Shown here in pieces: positions 45,823 to 56,595 of a DNA stretch of 64,000 nt (positions within the stretch are counted from its first letter, which is position 1; every line of letters starts with the position of its first letter). The notes beneath the pieces were generated by a model. That model searched no databases, was not told the origin of the DNA, and saw only the letters and a list, made by a program, of their open reading frames with translations. A program made the translations under genes and the position numbers. Origin of the DNA: Rhodothermales bacterium (GTDB lineage Bacteria > Bacteroidota > Rhodothermia > Rhodothermales > Bin80); assembly GCA_965262785.1 (NCBI GenBank), contig OZ253559.1, forward strand, positions 4,164,265 through 4,228,264, read 5' to 3'.

Positions 45823-48800
45823 CTAGTCCTCTTGCATCAAGATCGCCGGTATGCCCGACGCACGGATCATCTCGTTCAGCGCAGGCACCTCCAACTCCAG
45901 AATCGCCTTCAGCATGGCGAGCTGTTCGTCAATCCGCCTCGTGAGGATGTCGCGCACCTCAATCGCCTGATGCGTGGGCTTGTAGTTCCCAATGGATGCG
46001 TTGGAGCCTACGGCAGCCAGCTTGTTGTTAAGCCTAATGGGAAAATTCAAGGGATCCTGACGACTCTGATTCTTGGTCTGGTACAGCGCTTCCTCAATCG
46101 TGGTGATACGCTTCACGAGACTGTCCGCAGCCGCCTTGACTTCGTCGGTAGCATCTTTCCGCTTCGATACTCCTTGAATCTGGCTTCGAACATTCCTGAT
46201 TCGTTTGATGGCCTCGTGCGTTTCACTGAGCTTGTCGCGAATCCCGATAAGGAATTCAAATTGTGCCAGCAAGTCTTGCTGCGTTGAAGACGCGCGTGGA
46301 TCCATCTTGATCTCGAACGGCACCTCAACGGAGTCTCCATTGGCAACGAGGCGAGCCCGGTAGTTGCCCGGCGCTGCCCGCGGACCTTGAACACTCCCGC
46401 TCCACATAATAAGCCCCTCAAAGCTTTCAGCGTCCTCATAGCGCGTATTCCACCGGAAAGTGTGGGTGCCGGCCACAAGGTCTAAGCTCTCACTGTCGTA
46501 GGTCTTGATAGTCGTGCCGTCCTCCTCCAAGATGCGCAAGACTGTTCCAGTGGAGTCAGGTACATCTTTGAAGTAGTAACGCAGGGCAACGCTGCTGCCT
46601 GCACCGCGCACCAGCGGACTGGTCCTGAATAGCCACATGTCGCTCGATGCAACCTCTTCCGACAGCTGATGCAAGAGCGAAACGTCGTCCATTACCCAGA
46701 ATGAGCGGCCCTGCGTAGCTACGACCAGGTCGTTGTCTTTCCACGCCAGGTCCGTAATCGGAACCACTGGCAGGTTTCGCTGAAACGAGGTCCAACGTGC
46801 ACCGTCATCAAACGAAATGTACATTCCACTCTCCGTGCCCGCGTATAGCAGGCCCGGCCGAACTGGGTCCGGCTGAATGGCTCGGGTGAAGTGCTGGCGA
46901 TCTATGCCGCCGGTAATCTCCGTCCAAGTCTCTCCAAAGTCCATAGTCTTGTAGAGATACGGCTGGAAGTCATCCAGCTTGTAGCGCGTCCCCGCCATAT
47001 ACAAGCCGCCTTCCTCAAATGGATGCACTGACATGTCGTTGATCATCATCCACTCCGGCATCCCGTCCGGCGTGACATCAGTCCAAGTGGCACCGCCGTC
47101 ACGCGTCATGTGTACCAGCCCGTCGTCAGAGCCCGTCCACAGCACGTGCGCGTCATGCTGACTCTCGGCCACCGTGAATATCGTCGCATAGTATTCGACA
47201 CCCGTGTTGTCTTTTGTGATCGGACCGCCACTTGAGCTAAGCTTGGCGGAGTCGGCCCGCGTCAGATCGGGACTAATGATCTCCCACGACTGCCCTTCCG
47301 TCACGCTCCTGAAAAGGTGGTTTCCAGCCGTGTACAGGACTTCATGGTCATGCTGAGAAAACAGAATCGGGAAATTCCACTGAAACCGATACTTCATCCC
47401 CTCCGCGCCGTGCCCCATCGGGTTGTCTGGATACACATTCACCGCACGACGCTCACCCGTGTCGTGGTTCACGCGAGTCAGGTACCCGCCATAAGAACCA
47501 CCGTATACAATGTCAGGGTTGTCCGGCTTGGGCGCCAACCAGCCACTCTCGCCGCCCGCCGTAGGCTCCCACTCCCGTTCATTGGTGCCACCAGAAGTGT
47601 GCAAGATGCGAACGGTTGAGTTGTCCTGTTGCGCGCCCAGAATCCGATACGGAAAGTGATTGTCCGTCGTAACCCGGTAGAATTGCGCCGTTGGCTGATT
47701 GTAGTAAGTGCTCCAGTTCCTGCCTCCATCAAAGGTCACCTGAGCCCCTCCGTCGTCTGCAATAATCAGGTGGTTGCTGTCATCGGGATCTATCCATAGA
47801 TCGTGGTGATCACCATGCGGTGTCGAGATGCTTTCATAGGTTTGACCGCCGTCTTTTGAGCGCCAAAACCGCACATTGAGCACGTACACCACATCTTCAT
47901 CCTGGGTGTCGGCATAGATGCGCGTGTAATACCATGCGCGCTGGCGGAGACTCCGGTCCTTATTAATCCGTCGCCAGGAATTCCCGCCGTCATCCGACCG
48001 AAAAACGCCGCCATCCGCGGCTTCAATGATGGCATAGACGCGGCGCGGATTGGCAGGAGAGATCGACACGCCGCTGATGCCGAGCGCGCCTTTCGGCAGG
48101 CCGTTGTCTTGCCCGGTGACCTCATTCCACGTGTCCCCGCCGTCGGTCGACTTCCAGATCCCAGAGCCGGGCCCACCGCTCTCCAGGCTGTAGGGTGTCC
48201 TAATCACGCGCCAAGCACTCGCATACAGCACGCGCGGATTCGAAGGGTCCATCGCCAGATCCACGAAACCCACTTCGTCGTTGATGTAAAGCACCTTTTC
48301 CCAGGAAACACCGCCATCCTTGGTCCGATATATGCCGCGCTCTTCATTGGGCCCTGAAAGGTGCCCCATCACGGCGGCGTACACGAGGCTGGAATTCTTG
48401 GGGTGGATCCTGATGCGCGGAATCCGATGCGAGTCCTCAAGGCCTATAGACTCCCAACTTTGGCCGGCATCCATCGACTTGAACATGCCGTAACCATGGG
48501 ACACGTTTCCGCGCACGGTTTTTTCGCCGCCACCGACGTAGATAATGTTCGGGTCCCATGTACTTACAGCTACCGCGCCGATGGAGCCACCGAAATAGCC
48601 GTCGGAAATATTCTGCCAGGACGCCCCGCCAGTAGTCGAGCGCCAAACGCCACCGCCAGTTGCGCCGAAATACGCGAGCATCGGGTGTCCCGGAACGCCG
48701 GTCACGGCGGCGGAGCGCCCGCCCCGGTATGGACCAATGGCGCGATACTCCAATGCACTGTACAGCGTGGTGTCATAGGTAGCTGTCTGTGCCTGAGCCT

Positions 48801-48870
48801 CTGGGAGCATCGGCACCAGCAACGCGCCGAGCGCGATGCCAAGGGCAACCCGTGGCATGGGTGGTGACAC
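45823..48870 (-). CDS. secreted BNR/Asp-box (sortilin/VPS10-type) repeat protein, glycosyl-hydrolase-like
   Basis: 1015 aa with a signal peptide. About ten S/T-x-D-x-G-x-(S/T)-W Asp-boxes are present (STTGGASW, SMDAGQSW, TKDGGVSW, STDGGDTW, SDDGGNSW, TRDGGATW, TMDFGETW and others). Confidence 0.8.
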   Translation of the reverse strand: MSPPMPRVALGIALGALLVPMLPEAQAQTATYDTTLYSALEYRAIGPYRGGRSAAVTGVPGHPMLAYFGATGGGVWRSTTGGASWQNISDGYFGGSIGAVAVSTWDPNIIYVGGGEKTVRGNVSHGYGMFKSMDAGQSWESIGLEDSHRIPRIRIHPKNSSLVYAAVMGHLSGPNEERGIYRTKDGGVSWEKVLYINDEVGFVDLAMDPSNPRVLYASAWRVIRTPYSLESGGPGSGIWKSTDGGDTWNEVTGQDNGLPKGALGISGVSISPANPRRVYAIIEAADGGVFRSDDGGNSWRRINKDRSLRQRAWYYTRIYADTQDEDVVYVLNVRFWRSKDGGQTYESISTPHGDHHDLWIDPDDSNHLIIADDGGAQVTFDGGRNWSTYYNQPTAQFYRVTTDNHFPYRILGAQQDNSTVRILHTSGGTNEREWEPTAGGESGWLAPKPDNPDIVYGGSYGGYLTRVNHDTGERRAVNVYPDNPMGHGAEGMKYRFQWNFPILFSQHDHEVLYTAGNHLFRSVTEGQSWEIISPDLTRADSAKLSSSGGPITKDNTGVEYYATIFTVAESQHDAHVLWTGSDDGLVHMTRDGGATWTDVTPDGMPEWMMINDMSVHPFEEGGLYMAGTRYKLDDFQPYLYKTMDFGETWTEITGGIDRQHFTRAIQPDPVRPGLLYAGTESGMYISFDDGARWTSFQRNLPVVPITDLAWKDNDLVVATQGRSFWVMDDVSLLHQLSEEVASSDMWLFRTSPLVRGAGSSVALRYYFKDVPDSTGTVLRILEEDGTTIKTYDSESLDLVAGTHTFRWNTRYEDAESFEGLIMWSGSVQGPRAAPGNYRARLVANGDSVEVPFEIKMDPRASSTQQDLLAQFEFLIGIRDKLSETHEAIKRIRNVRSQIQGVSKRKDATDEVKAAADSLVKRITTIEEALYQTKNQSRQDPLNFPIRLNNKLAAVGSNASIGNYKPTHQAIEVRDILTRRIDEQLAMLKAILELEVPALNEMIRASGIPAILMQED

Positions 48871-48975
48871 TTATGTGAGTGTGAGAATGGGCAAGATACG
48901 CAATGCGATGCGCGTTGGCCCGGCGCGTTTACGCTGCGCAAGTCGTACTATAGGTTGAAACTCCAGTGCGCAGTC

Positions 48976-49716
48976 ATGCTAATTCGCACCGAAGCTGTGG
49001 TCCTTCGCTCAACGCCCTACGGCGAAACCAGCCGCATCGTAAAACTCTTCACCCGCGACAAAGGCAAACTCTCCGTGATTGCCAAAGGCGCACGTCTGCC
49101 CAAAAGCAAATTCGGGTCGACCTTGCAGGTGCTTTCCGTAGTGCAGGTCGTCCTGTACTACCGCCCAACTCGCTCGCTACAGACGCTTGCCGAGTGTGCC
49201 CACACGTTCGTGGCCAAGTTTGATGATCTGGATCGACTCGGCGCCGGACTGCGCATAGTGGAACTAACGAACGCGCTGGTGCAGGATGAGGAGGAGCAGC
49301 CGGCAGTCTTTGACTTATTGGTGTTAGTGCTTGCCCGCCTGCACGGCCCACACACCAGCGCCACGCTGCTGCAGCTGTACTTTGAGATGCAGCTTGCCGC
49401 TGCGCTTGGTTTTGCTCCGGGCTTTGATCGTGAGGTAGTCCGAATGCTGCCAAAAGAGGGCGGCGTCCTGCTGCTTGACAGCGGCATCATCGTACACAAC
49501 CGTGCTGCTGGTTCGTACGCCCTGCGTGCATCACGCGCGGCCCTGCACACGTTCGCTATTCTTTCGCGGGCACGCTTGGACGTGGTTGCCGATCTAGCGC
49601 CTTCGACGCCAGATGAGGTGTGCCGCCTGGTGGCCCAGTACGTGCGATACCATGTGGCGGAGGCCTATCCGGAACGTGCACGCAAGGTCTTGCGCCAAAT
49701 GCGAGCCACGCACTGA
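48976..49716 (+). CDS. recO: DNA repair protein RecO
   Basis: MLIRTEAVVLRSTPYGETSRIVKLFTRDKGKLSVIAKGARLPKSKF... is the RecO N-terminal OB-fold pattern. The start is trimmed to ATG 48976. Confidence 0.85.
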   Translation: MLIRTEAVVLRSTPYGETSRIVKLFTRDKGKLSVIAKGARLPKSKFGSTLQVLSVVQVVLYYRPTRSLQTLAECAHTFVAKFDDLDRLGAGLRIVELTNALVQDEEEQPAVFDLLVLVLARLHGPHTSATLLQLYFEMQLAAALGFAPGFDREVVRMLPKEGGVLLLDSGIIVHNRAAGSYALRASRAALHTFAILSRARLDVVADLAPSTPDEVCRLVAQYVRYHVAEAYPERARKVLRQMRATH

Positions 49717-49785
49717 CTTGAAAAATGCATGAAGCCGAGGATGGCGCTCGGAAGGTAGTGCGCACTATACACGCTACGTACCGGT

Positions 49786-51789
49786 ATGGCAGAGCTTGTC
49801 GGAATCGATGTTGGAGGAACGTTTACGGACTTCGTCTTTGTGGACGGCGAGCGCCTCATTGTACGCAAGGAACCTACCTCTCCTCAGGATCAGAGCGAGA
49901 CCATAGGACACGGGCTTCGGACGCTGGGCGTGGGACCGTTGGCCACCATTATCCACGGCACCACCACGGCCACCAATGCCCTTTTGGAGCGGCGCGGTGC
50001 GCGGACCGCACTGCTGACAACGGAAGGCTTTGCCGATGCACTGGCCATCGGACGCCAAAACCGGCCGCACCTCTACCGCCTGTCCCAGACACGACGATCC
50101 GCCCTGGTGCCGCACGGCCTCCGCCTGACCGTCCGTGAGCGTGTGGCGGCAGACGGCACTATACTTACGCCCCTGGAGACGGCGCAGCTGCACGACGTAG
50201 CCAGTGCACTGAAGGAGTGCCGGGCAGAGAGTCTGGCGGTGGTATTCTTGTTTTCGTTTCTCAATGAAGCGCATGAGCGCGAGGCCGCGCAGGTGCTTCG
50301 CTCGCTGCTGCCCTCGCTGCGTATCTCGCTGAGTGTGGACATCCTGCCCGAATACCGCGAATACGAACGAACGGCTACGACGGTCATCAACGCCTATGTG
50401 CAGCCCTTGGTGGGTCACTACCTGGAGCGGCTTTCAAAGGTAGTCGGTGGGCGCCCGGTGTGGGTCATGCAGTCCAATGGAGGTACCATTGACGTGCCGT
50501 GCGCTGCCAGCCAACCTGCACGACTCGTGCTGAGCGGTCCTGCCGGTGGAGTTGTCGGTGCATTCAAGGTTGCCAGGGTGGCACTGGACACCGATGCGCC
50601 ACACGTCATTACCTTTGATATGGGCGGCACCAGCACGGATGTAGCGCTGTGCCCCGGAATGGTTCCTCGTACCGCGGAAAGCGTCATCGGCGACCTTCCG
50701 CTACGCCTCCCGTCAACCGACATCCATACTGTCGGTGCAGGAGGGGGGAGTATCGCGCGCGTGGACGCTGGCGGTGCACTGCGCGTAGGCCCGGAAAGTG
50801 CGGGCGCTTTGCCTGGTCCTGTGTGCTATGGCAAGGGCGGGACACAAGTCACCGTCACGGATGCGAACCTGGTCCTCGGCCGGCTGGATGCTGGACGCTT
50901 TACAGCCGGCGGTACCCTGGCTACCCAAAACGCTCGCAGAGCGGTTACGCTTCTGGGCACGCGCTTGGGGCGCGGACCAGAAGCGGCCGCACTCGGCGTC
51001 ATCCGCGTAGCCAACGCAACAATGGAGCGTGCGCTGCGGCGTGTATCAGTGGAGCAAGGCTACGACCCACGTGGCTACGCTCTTGTGCCCTTCGGAGGCG
51101 CAGGGCCACTGCATGCCTGCGAGCTTGCCGAGGCCCTGGGCATAAGCAAGATCGTGGTACCCCGTTACCCGGGCGTGCTGAGCGCCATGGGACTGCTGAT
51201 GGCCGACATCACGTATGACGCTTCGCGTGCCCTTTTGCGACCGCTTTCAGTACTCACCCGTGACCCTTCACCGCTGGTAACATGCATCCGAATGCTGTGC
51301 CGACAGGTCTCGGCGGCATTGTCGGCTACACCGCACATTACCGCCACGCTGGACCTACGTTACCATGGACAGAGCTACGAACTGGAGCTGCCTCTGGGCC
51401 TGCCCACAAGCGTCCAGCATCTGGAAGCCTGCGAAGCGGCCTTTCATGAAGCACACCTGCAGCGCTATGGCTACAACGCGCCGCATCGGCCGGTAGAGTG
51501 CGTCAACATTCGAGTCCAAGGCAGTCTTCCTCGCGCCCAGCCACCCGTGGCCGACGAACCTGAATCAGTCGCTGAAGCCACCACGGCCCAGGTAGGCTCC
51601 AGGAACGTCTGGCTGCGCAGCCTAGGCCCGGAAGAGATCCCCTGTTACGACCGGCAATTGCTCGGGGCGGGACATCATTTCTCGGGACCTGCGCTCATCT
51701 TCCAATACGACTCCACGATCCTAGTGACTGCGGATTGGCACGTGCATATCGACCGCCGCCTGAACGCAATTCTGCAACATCATTCCTGA
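49786..51789 (+). CDS. hyuA: hydantoinase/oxoprolinase family protein, A subunit
   Basis: GIDVGGTFTDFVF...HGTTTATNALLERRGA...TFDMGGTSTDV is the HyuA pattern. Confidence 0.85.
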   Translation: MAELVGIDVGGTFTDFVFVDGERLIVRKEPTSPQDQSETIGHGLRTLGVGPLATIIHGTTTATNALLERRGARTALLTTEGFADALAIGRQNRPHLYRLSQTRRSALVPHGLRLTVRERVAADGTILTPLETAQLHDVASALKECRAESLAVVFLFSFLNEAHEREAAQVLRSLLPSLRISLSVDILPEYREYERTATTVINAYVQPLVGHYLERLSKVVGGRPVWVMQSNGGTIDVPCAASQPARLVLSGPAGGVVGAFKVARVALDTDAPHVITFDMGGTSTDVALCPGMVPRTAESVIGDLPLRLPSTDIHTVGAGGGSIARVDAGGALRVGPESAGALPGPVCYGKGGTQVTVTDANLVLGRLDAGRFTAGGTLATQNARRAVTLLGTRLGRGPEAAALGVIRVANATMERALRRVSVEQGYDPRGYALVPFGGAGPLHACELAEALGISKIVVPRYPGVLSAMGLLMADITYDASRALLRPLSVLTRDPSPLVTCIRMLCRQVSAALSATPHITATLDLRYHGQSYELELPLGLPTSVQHLEACEAAFHEAHLQRYGYNAPHRPVECVNIRVQGSLPRAQPPVADEPESVAEATTAQVGSRNVWLRSLGPEEIPCYDRQLLGAGHHFSGPALIFQYDSTILVTADWHVHIDRRLNAILQHHS

Positions 51790-51793
51790 TTCG

Positions 51794-53362
51794 ATGGCCC
51801 GCGCTGAACCGGATCTTGTACTACTTGAGGTCTACCGACACCGCTTCGCCGGGGTCGCGGACGAGATGGGTGCCACTCTTCAGCGCACGGGTTACTCGCC
51901 CAACATAAAAGAGCGGCTGGACTATTCGTGTGCCGTATTCGATGCTTCCGGCGCCATGGTAGCACAAGCAGCTCACATCCCTGTCCACCTCGGAGCCATG
52001 CCTGCCAGCTGTGCGGCGGCGCTACGGGCTGTAGGGACATGGCGACCCGGTGATGTTGTAGCGCTAAATGACCCGTACCAAGGCGGCAATCACTTGCCGG
52101 ATATTACGATGGTGTCGCCGGTATTCAGCGGAGACGTCCTCACTTTTTTCGTCGCCACACGCGCGCATCACGCCGATGTTGGCGGCATGAGCCCTGGCTC
52201 CTTGCCACTCTCTACAGAATTGTTCCAGGAGGGCATAATCATCCCGCCCGTAAAGCTCTACCGCGCCGGAGAAGCCAACAAAGACATGCTTGCTCTGATC
52301 CTGCGCAACGTTCGCACGCCGAATGAGCGGCGTGGGGATCTAGAGGCGCAGTGCGCCGCACACGCCGTGGGAGAGCGGCGACTTGCGGCCCTGATACGGG
52401 GTTTTGGCCTATTCGAGGTGCTCGCATACGCCGCGCACCTGCAAGCGTACAGCGAGCGGATGACTCGGGCCGCCATCTCCACATGGCCCACCGGGACCTA
52501 CGCCTTTGAAGACCACTTAGAGTTGCCAGATGGCAGCGCGCCATGCATCCGCGCAAAAGCCATTGTTGCAGACGATGGAATCACATTTGATTTCAGCGGC
52601 ACGGACCCGGTCATGCAGGGCCCGCTAAACACGGTCCTCGCAGTTACGCAGAGTGCCTGCTACTACGTGGTGCGCTGCCTCATGCGTGAGGAGATCCCGG
52701 TTAATTCAGGGTGTTTTGTGCCGGTAACCGTGATCGCGCCCAAGGGCTGCCTGGTCCATGCCACACCCCCCGCCGCCGTAGCCGGAGGCAATGTGGAGAC
52801 TTCGCAGCGAATCACCGATGTGGCGTTTGGAGCATTGGCGCAGGCGCTCCCCGAGCGCGTCGCTGCCGCTGGCCAGGGCACAATGAACAATGTGACTATT
52901 GGAGGACTCGACTTAAACGGCCGCCCCTATGCCTACTACGAAACGCTGGGCGGCGGCATGGGGGCAGCTCCCCAGTCTGACGGCCTAAGCGGCGTCCATG
53001 TCCACATGAGCAACACACTGAACACGCCAGTGGAAGCACTGGAGATGCAGTTTCCGTTTCGGATATTAGAATACGGCCTGCGTCGCGGCTCAGGGGGCGC
53101 AGGCATGCACTGCGGCGGCGAAGGCATCATTCGCGAATACGAACTGCTGCGCCCCGCTACCGTAACGATGCTGAGCGAGCGGCGTCGGTATGCCCCTTGG
53201 GGCCTGCAGGGTGGCAGGTCCGGTGCACCGGGCCGCAATGTGCTGATTCGCGCCAATGGTGCGGTAGAAACACTTAGCGGCAAGTTCACGCGCCGCCTAA
53301 GCGCAGGAGACCGCCTGCGTATTGAGACACCAGGCGGCGGGGGCTGGGGTTCTACGCGGTAG
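51794..53362 (+). CDS. hyuB: hydantoinase B/oxoprolinase family protein, B subunit
   Basis: LEVYRHRF..., ...[16 protein letters not shown]... and ...NDPY.GG.HLPDIT... are the HyuB pattern. The gene starts 5 nt after hyuA ends. Confidence 0.85.
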   Translation: MARAEPDLVLLEVYRHRFAGVADEMGATLQRTGYSPNIKERLDYSCAVFDASGAMVAQAAHIPVHLGAMPASCAAALRAVGTWRPGDVVALNDPYQGGNHLPDITMVSPVFSGDVLTFFVATRAHHADVGGMSPGSLPLSTELFQEGIIIPPVKLYRAGEANKDMLALILRNVRTPNERRGDLEAQCAAHAVGERRLAALIRGFGLFEVLAYAAHLQAYSERMTRAAISTWPTGTYAFEDHLELPDGSAPCIRAKAIVADDGITFDFSGTDPVMQGPLNTVLAVTQSACYYVVRCLMREEIPVNSGCFVPVTVIAPKGCLVHATPPAAVAGGNVETSQRITDVAFGALAQALPERVAAAGQGTMNNVTIGGLDLNGRPYAYYETLGGGMGAAPQSDGLSGVHVHMSNTLNTPVEALEMQFPFRILEYGLRRGSGGAGMHCGGEGIIREYELLRPATVTMLSERRRYAPWGLQGGRSGAPGRNVLIRANGAVETLSGKFTRRLSAGDRLRIETPGGGGWGSTR

Positions 53363-56075
53363 CCAGCACATCCTGCTTATCCAGAAAATCGCGCAACACG
53401 TAGTGCAGGATACCGCCGTGCTTATAGTAGTCGACCTCAACGGGGGTATCCAGGCGGCACCTTGTAATGAATTGCACACGCGAGCCATCCGTCCTCGTTG
53501 CGGTCACCGGCACATTCTGGCGTGCCGATAGCGAAGCATCGATTTCGATGTCGTACGCTTCCGTGCCGTCTAGCCCAAGCGAGGCCGCTGTGTCGGTGTT
53601 CTGGTACTCTAGCGGTAGGACGCCCATCCCGATGAGATTTGATCGGTGGATGCGCTCGAAGCTTTCTACGATTACTGCCTTTACGCCCAATAGGACAGTA
53701 CCTTTGGCAGCCCAATCGCGACTGGACCCCATTCCATAGTCTTTGCCGCCGAGAACTACTAGCGGAACGCCCTGCTCCTGGTAGCGCATGGCCGCGTCAT
53801 AAATCGGTATCACCGCACTGCCGTCAGCAAAGCTCTTGGTGATACCACCCTCCGAGCCCGGCACAAGTTGGTTCTTGATCCTGATGTTGGCAAACGTCCC
53901 GCGCATCATCACCTCGTGGTTACCGCGGCGAGAGCCAAAGGAATTAAAGGAGCGCACCTTGACACTCTGCGCCTTGAGGTATCGTCCAGCTGGTCCGTCT
54001 GGTGCAATCGCACCGGCAGGAGAAATGTGATCCGTCGTTGTGGAGTCTCCCACCTTTACCAACACCCGTGCACCTTGAATGGGAGCTGGGTGGCACACCT
54101 CGCGCGAAAGCGCCATAAAGAAGGGAGGTTCCCGCACATACGTAGACTCATCCTGCCATGCAAAAAGAGCCCCGGTCGGAATGTCGATGGCATTCCACGT
54201 CAGGTTGGATTCCTCAATGCCTCCGTATTCCTCAAGAAACATTGCCGGCGTGATCACTGCATCAATCGCCGCCTGAATCTCTCCCTTGCTGGGCCATATT
54301 TCATGCAAGTAGACATCATTGCCGGCGGAATCCCGGCCAATGGGGTCTCTTGTAAGATCTACATCCACAGTGCCTACCAGCGCATATGCTACAACTAGCG
54401 GTGGCGAAGCCAGATAATTTGCCTGCACCAGTGCGTGAATACGGCCTTCGAAGTTTCTGTTGCCGGAAAGCACACCGGACACGATAAGGTCCTGGTCGCG
54501 GATGGCACCGGCGACAGCCTCGGGAAGCGGCCCCGAATTCCCAATACATGTGGTGCAGCCGTATCCGACGAGGTTGAAACCAAGTTGGTTGAGATATGGG
54601 AGAAGACCGGCGTTGTGCAGGTATTCGGTAACCACCCGGGACCCGGGCGCAAGGCTTGTCTTCACGTGCCGCTTTACCGAGAGACCACGCTCCACGGCTT
54701 TTTTTGCCAGAATTCCAGCCCCAATCATAACACTGGGGTTGCTCGTGTTGGTGCAACTTGTGATTGCGGCGATCACGACATCGCCATTTCGGAGCTGCTC
54801 GTGCTCGCCCTTCTCGCTCTTGAAGTGAGCTACGCGCTGGAGCTCATCTACGCCGCGGCCAAATCCTTCCGGGCCTCCTTTGGCTGTGAACGACTTCTTG
54901 AAGGCCTCGCCCAGCGCTGGCACCTGGATGCGGTCCTGAGGCCGCTTGGGACCCGCGACGCTGGGCGTTACCGATCCAAGGTCAAGCTCCAGCACATCGA
55001 TGTAGTCTTTTTCGGCATCCTCCAGGAAGAGTCCCTGCTCCTTGGTGTACCGCTCAACCAATTCAACAAGGGAAGCGTCGCGCCCCGTGCGCCTGAGGAA
55101 CGCCAACGTTTCATCATCAACGGGGAAAAACCCCATCGTCGCCCCGTATTCGGGCGACATGTTGCTAATGGTGGCACGGTCCGGTACGCTCAAGCTGCGC
55201 ACTCCGGCTCCAAAGAACTCTACAAAGCGCCCCACAACACCGTAGCTGCGTAGGGCTTGTGTCACGGTCAGTACCAGGTCTGTCGCTGTGGCGCCATCGG
55301 GCAGCTGCCCCACGAGGCGAAAGCCCACCACCTCAGGCATTAACATGTATATGGGCTGGCCCAGCATCACGGCCTCGGCCTCAATGCCTCCCACACCCCA
55401 CCCCATTACGCCTAGCCCGTTGATCATGGTGGTATGCGAGTCCGTACCTACCAACGAGTCCGGGTAGGCTACCTGGAGCCCATTGTGTTCCTGGGTCCAT
55501 ACGCAGCGCGCCACGTATTCCAGGTTTACCTGGTGACATATGCCGCTCGCGGGCGGGACGACAAAGAAGTTGTCAAAGGCTTGCTGCCCCCACTTCAAGA
55601 ATTCGTACCGCTCGCGGTTACGGCGGAATTCGAAATCGGAATTCAGCCGTAGTGCCTCCGGAATTCCGTAGTAGTCAACCTGGACGCTATGGTCAATGAT
55701 GAGATGGACCGGAACGCGCGGGTTTATGCTGGCGGGATCGCCTCCCTGGCGTGCCATGGCACTGCGCATTGCTGCGAGGTCCACCACAGCGGGCACGCCT
55801 GTAAAGTCCTGCAAAAGGACTCGCGCAGGCGTGAATGGGATTTCCACCTTAGCCGGTGCCTTCGCGTCGTAACGTGCCAGACGATCGACATCCTCCTTTG
55901 CCACAGCGTTGCCGTCCAAACGGCGCAGCAGCGCTTCCAGCATTATGCGAATCGAGTATGGAAGCTGTCCTAAGTTGTACCCGTGCCGGGAAAGCTGGTC
56001 CAAGCGGTAGAGGTAGGCCGCACCACTCCCCGTTTCGAAGGTCGCTCGCGCGCCGAATGGATCTTGTTCTGTCAT
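53352..56075 (-). CDS. acnA: aconitate hydratase A
   Basis: About 907 aa. Contains ...IDHSVQVD..., ...[13 protein letters not shown]..., ...[10 protein letters not shown]... and ...[10 protein letters not shown]..., which include the three cluster Cys motifs. The start is set at the ATG (MTEQDPFG) rather than the upstream TTG of the track. Confidence 0.95.
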   Translation of the reverse strand: MTEQDPFGARATFETGSGAAYLYRLDQLSRHGYNLGQLPYSIRIMLEALLRRLDGNAVAKEDVDRLARYDAKAPAKVEIPFTPARVLLQDFTGVPAVVDLAAMRSAMARQGGDPASINPRVPVHLIIDHSVQVDYYGIPEALRLNSDFEFRRNRERYEFLKWGQQAFDNFFVVPPASGICHQVNLEYVARCVWTQEHNGLQVAYPDSLVGTDSHTTMINGLGVMGWGVGGIEAEAVMLGQPIYMLMPEVVGFRLVGQLPDGATATDLVLTVTQALRSYGVVGRFVEFFGAGVRSLSVPDRATISNMSPEYGATMGFFPVDDETLAFLRRTGRDASLVELVERYTKEQGLFLEDAEKDYIDVLELDLGSVTPSVAGPKRPQDRIQVPALGEAFKKSFTAKGGPEGFGRGVDELQRVAHFKSEKGEHEQLRNGDVVIAAITSCTNTSNPSVMIGAGILAKKAVERGLSVKRHVKTSLAPGSRVVTEYLHNAGLLPYLNQLGFNLVGYGCTTCIGNSGPLPEAVAGAIRDQDLIVSGVLSGNRNFEGRIHALVQANYLASPPLVVAYALVGTVDVDLTRDPIGRDSAGNDVYLHEIWPSKGEIQAAIDAVITPAMFLEEYGGIEESNLTWNAIDIPTGALFAWQDESTYVREPPFFMALSREVCHPAPIQGARVLVKVGDSTTTDHISPAGAIAPDGPAGRYLKAQSVKVRSFNSFGSRRGNHEVMMRGTFANIRIKNQLVPGSEGGITKSFADGSAVIPIYDAAMRYQEQGVPLVVLGGKDYGMGSSRDWAAKGTVLLGVKAVIVESFERIHRSNLIGMGVLPLEYQNTDTAASLGLDGTEAYDIEIDASLSARQNVPVTATRTDGSRVQFITRCRLDTPVEVDYYKHGGILHYVLRDFLDKQDVLATA

Positions 56076-56188
56076 AGCCCCAGTGGGTTGAAGCAACGCA
56101 AATGTACCCTATCCCGTGTGTATTGTTCGAACCGACCTCACCACACTGGACCCTGATTCCGCCGGACGCGTTTACCTGCCGCGGACAC

Positions 56189-56261
56189 GGGGCTATAGCT
56201 CAGATGGTAGAGCGCCTGAATCGCACTCAGGAGGTCAGCGGTTCGACTCCGCTTAGCTCCA
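56189..56261 (+). tRNA. tRNA-Ala (anticodon CGC)
   Basis: Hand-folded. The acceptor stem is GGGGCTA/TAGCTCC with the G3:U70 Ala identity pair. The anticodon stem is CCTGA/TCAGG with loop ATCGCAC, and the T-loop is TTCGACT. Confidence 0.9.
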
Positions 56262-56524
56262 CCCCTTCTCCAGGCTTTCGGCTGTCGCCACGTGGTAGCC
56301 TGCCGATGCGCCCGCCAATAATACCCGCATCCACCACCGCAGGCAAAGGGGCCTGGCGGTCGCAGGCTGGGCTATGACGCGGCCCCTCTACCGGCAGGCA
56401 CGCCCTCGGTGCAGGTCCGGCGTCCAGACCTAGTATCTGACGTCTAGGCACTAGTTCAATTCTTTCTGCTACTGGCAGGGTGGCGGCGCCTCAGGTACCC
56501 CTCCGAGCTGTAGTCTCATTCCGT

Positions 56525-56567
56525 ACAAAAGGAAACTGCCCTCCGAGCGTAACACCCGGAAGGCAGT
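56525..56567 (-). terminator. rho-independent terminator downstream of the TonB-dependent receptor 56596-59442
   Basis: The minus strand reads ACUGCCUUCCGGG-UGUUACG-CUCGGAGGGCAGU. This is a 13-bp stem including 2 G-U pairs with a 7-nt loop, followed immediately by UUCCUUUUGU. It lies 29 nt after the stop codon. Confidence 0.7.
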
Positions 56568-56595
56568 CTCTTCCTCCCTTAAAGACCGTTCATCG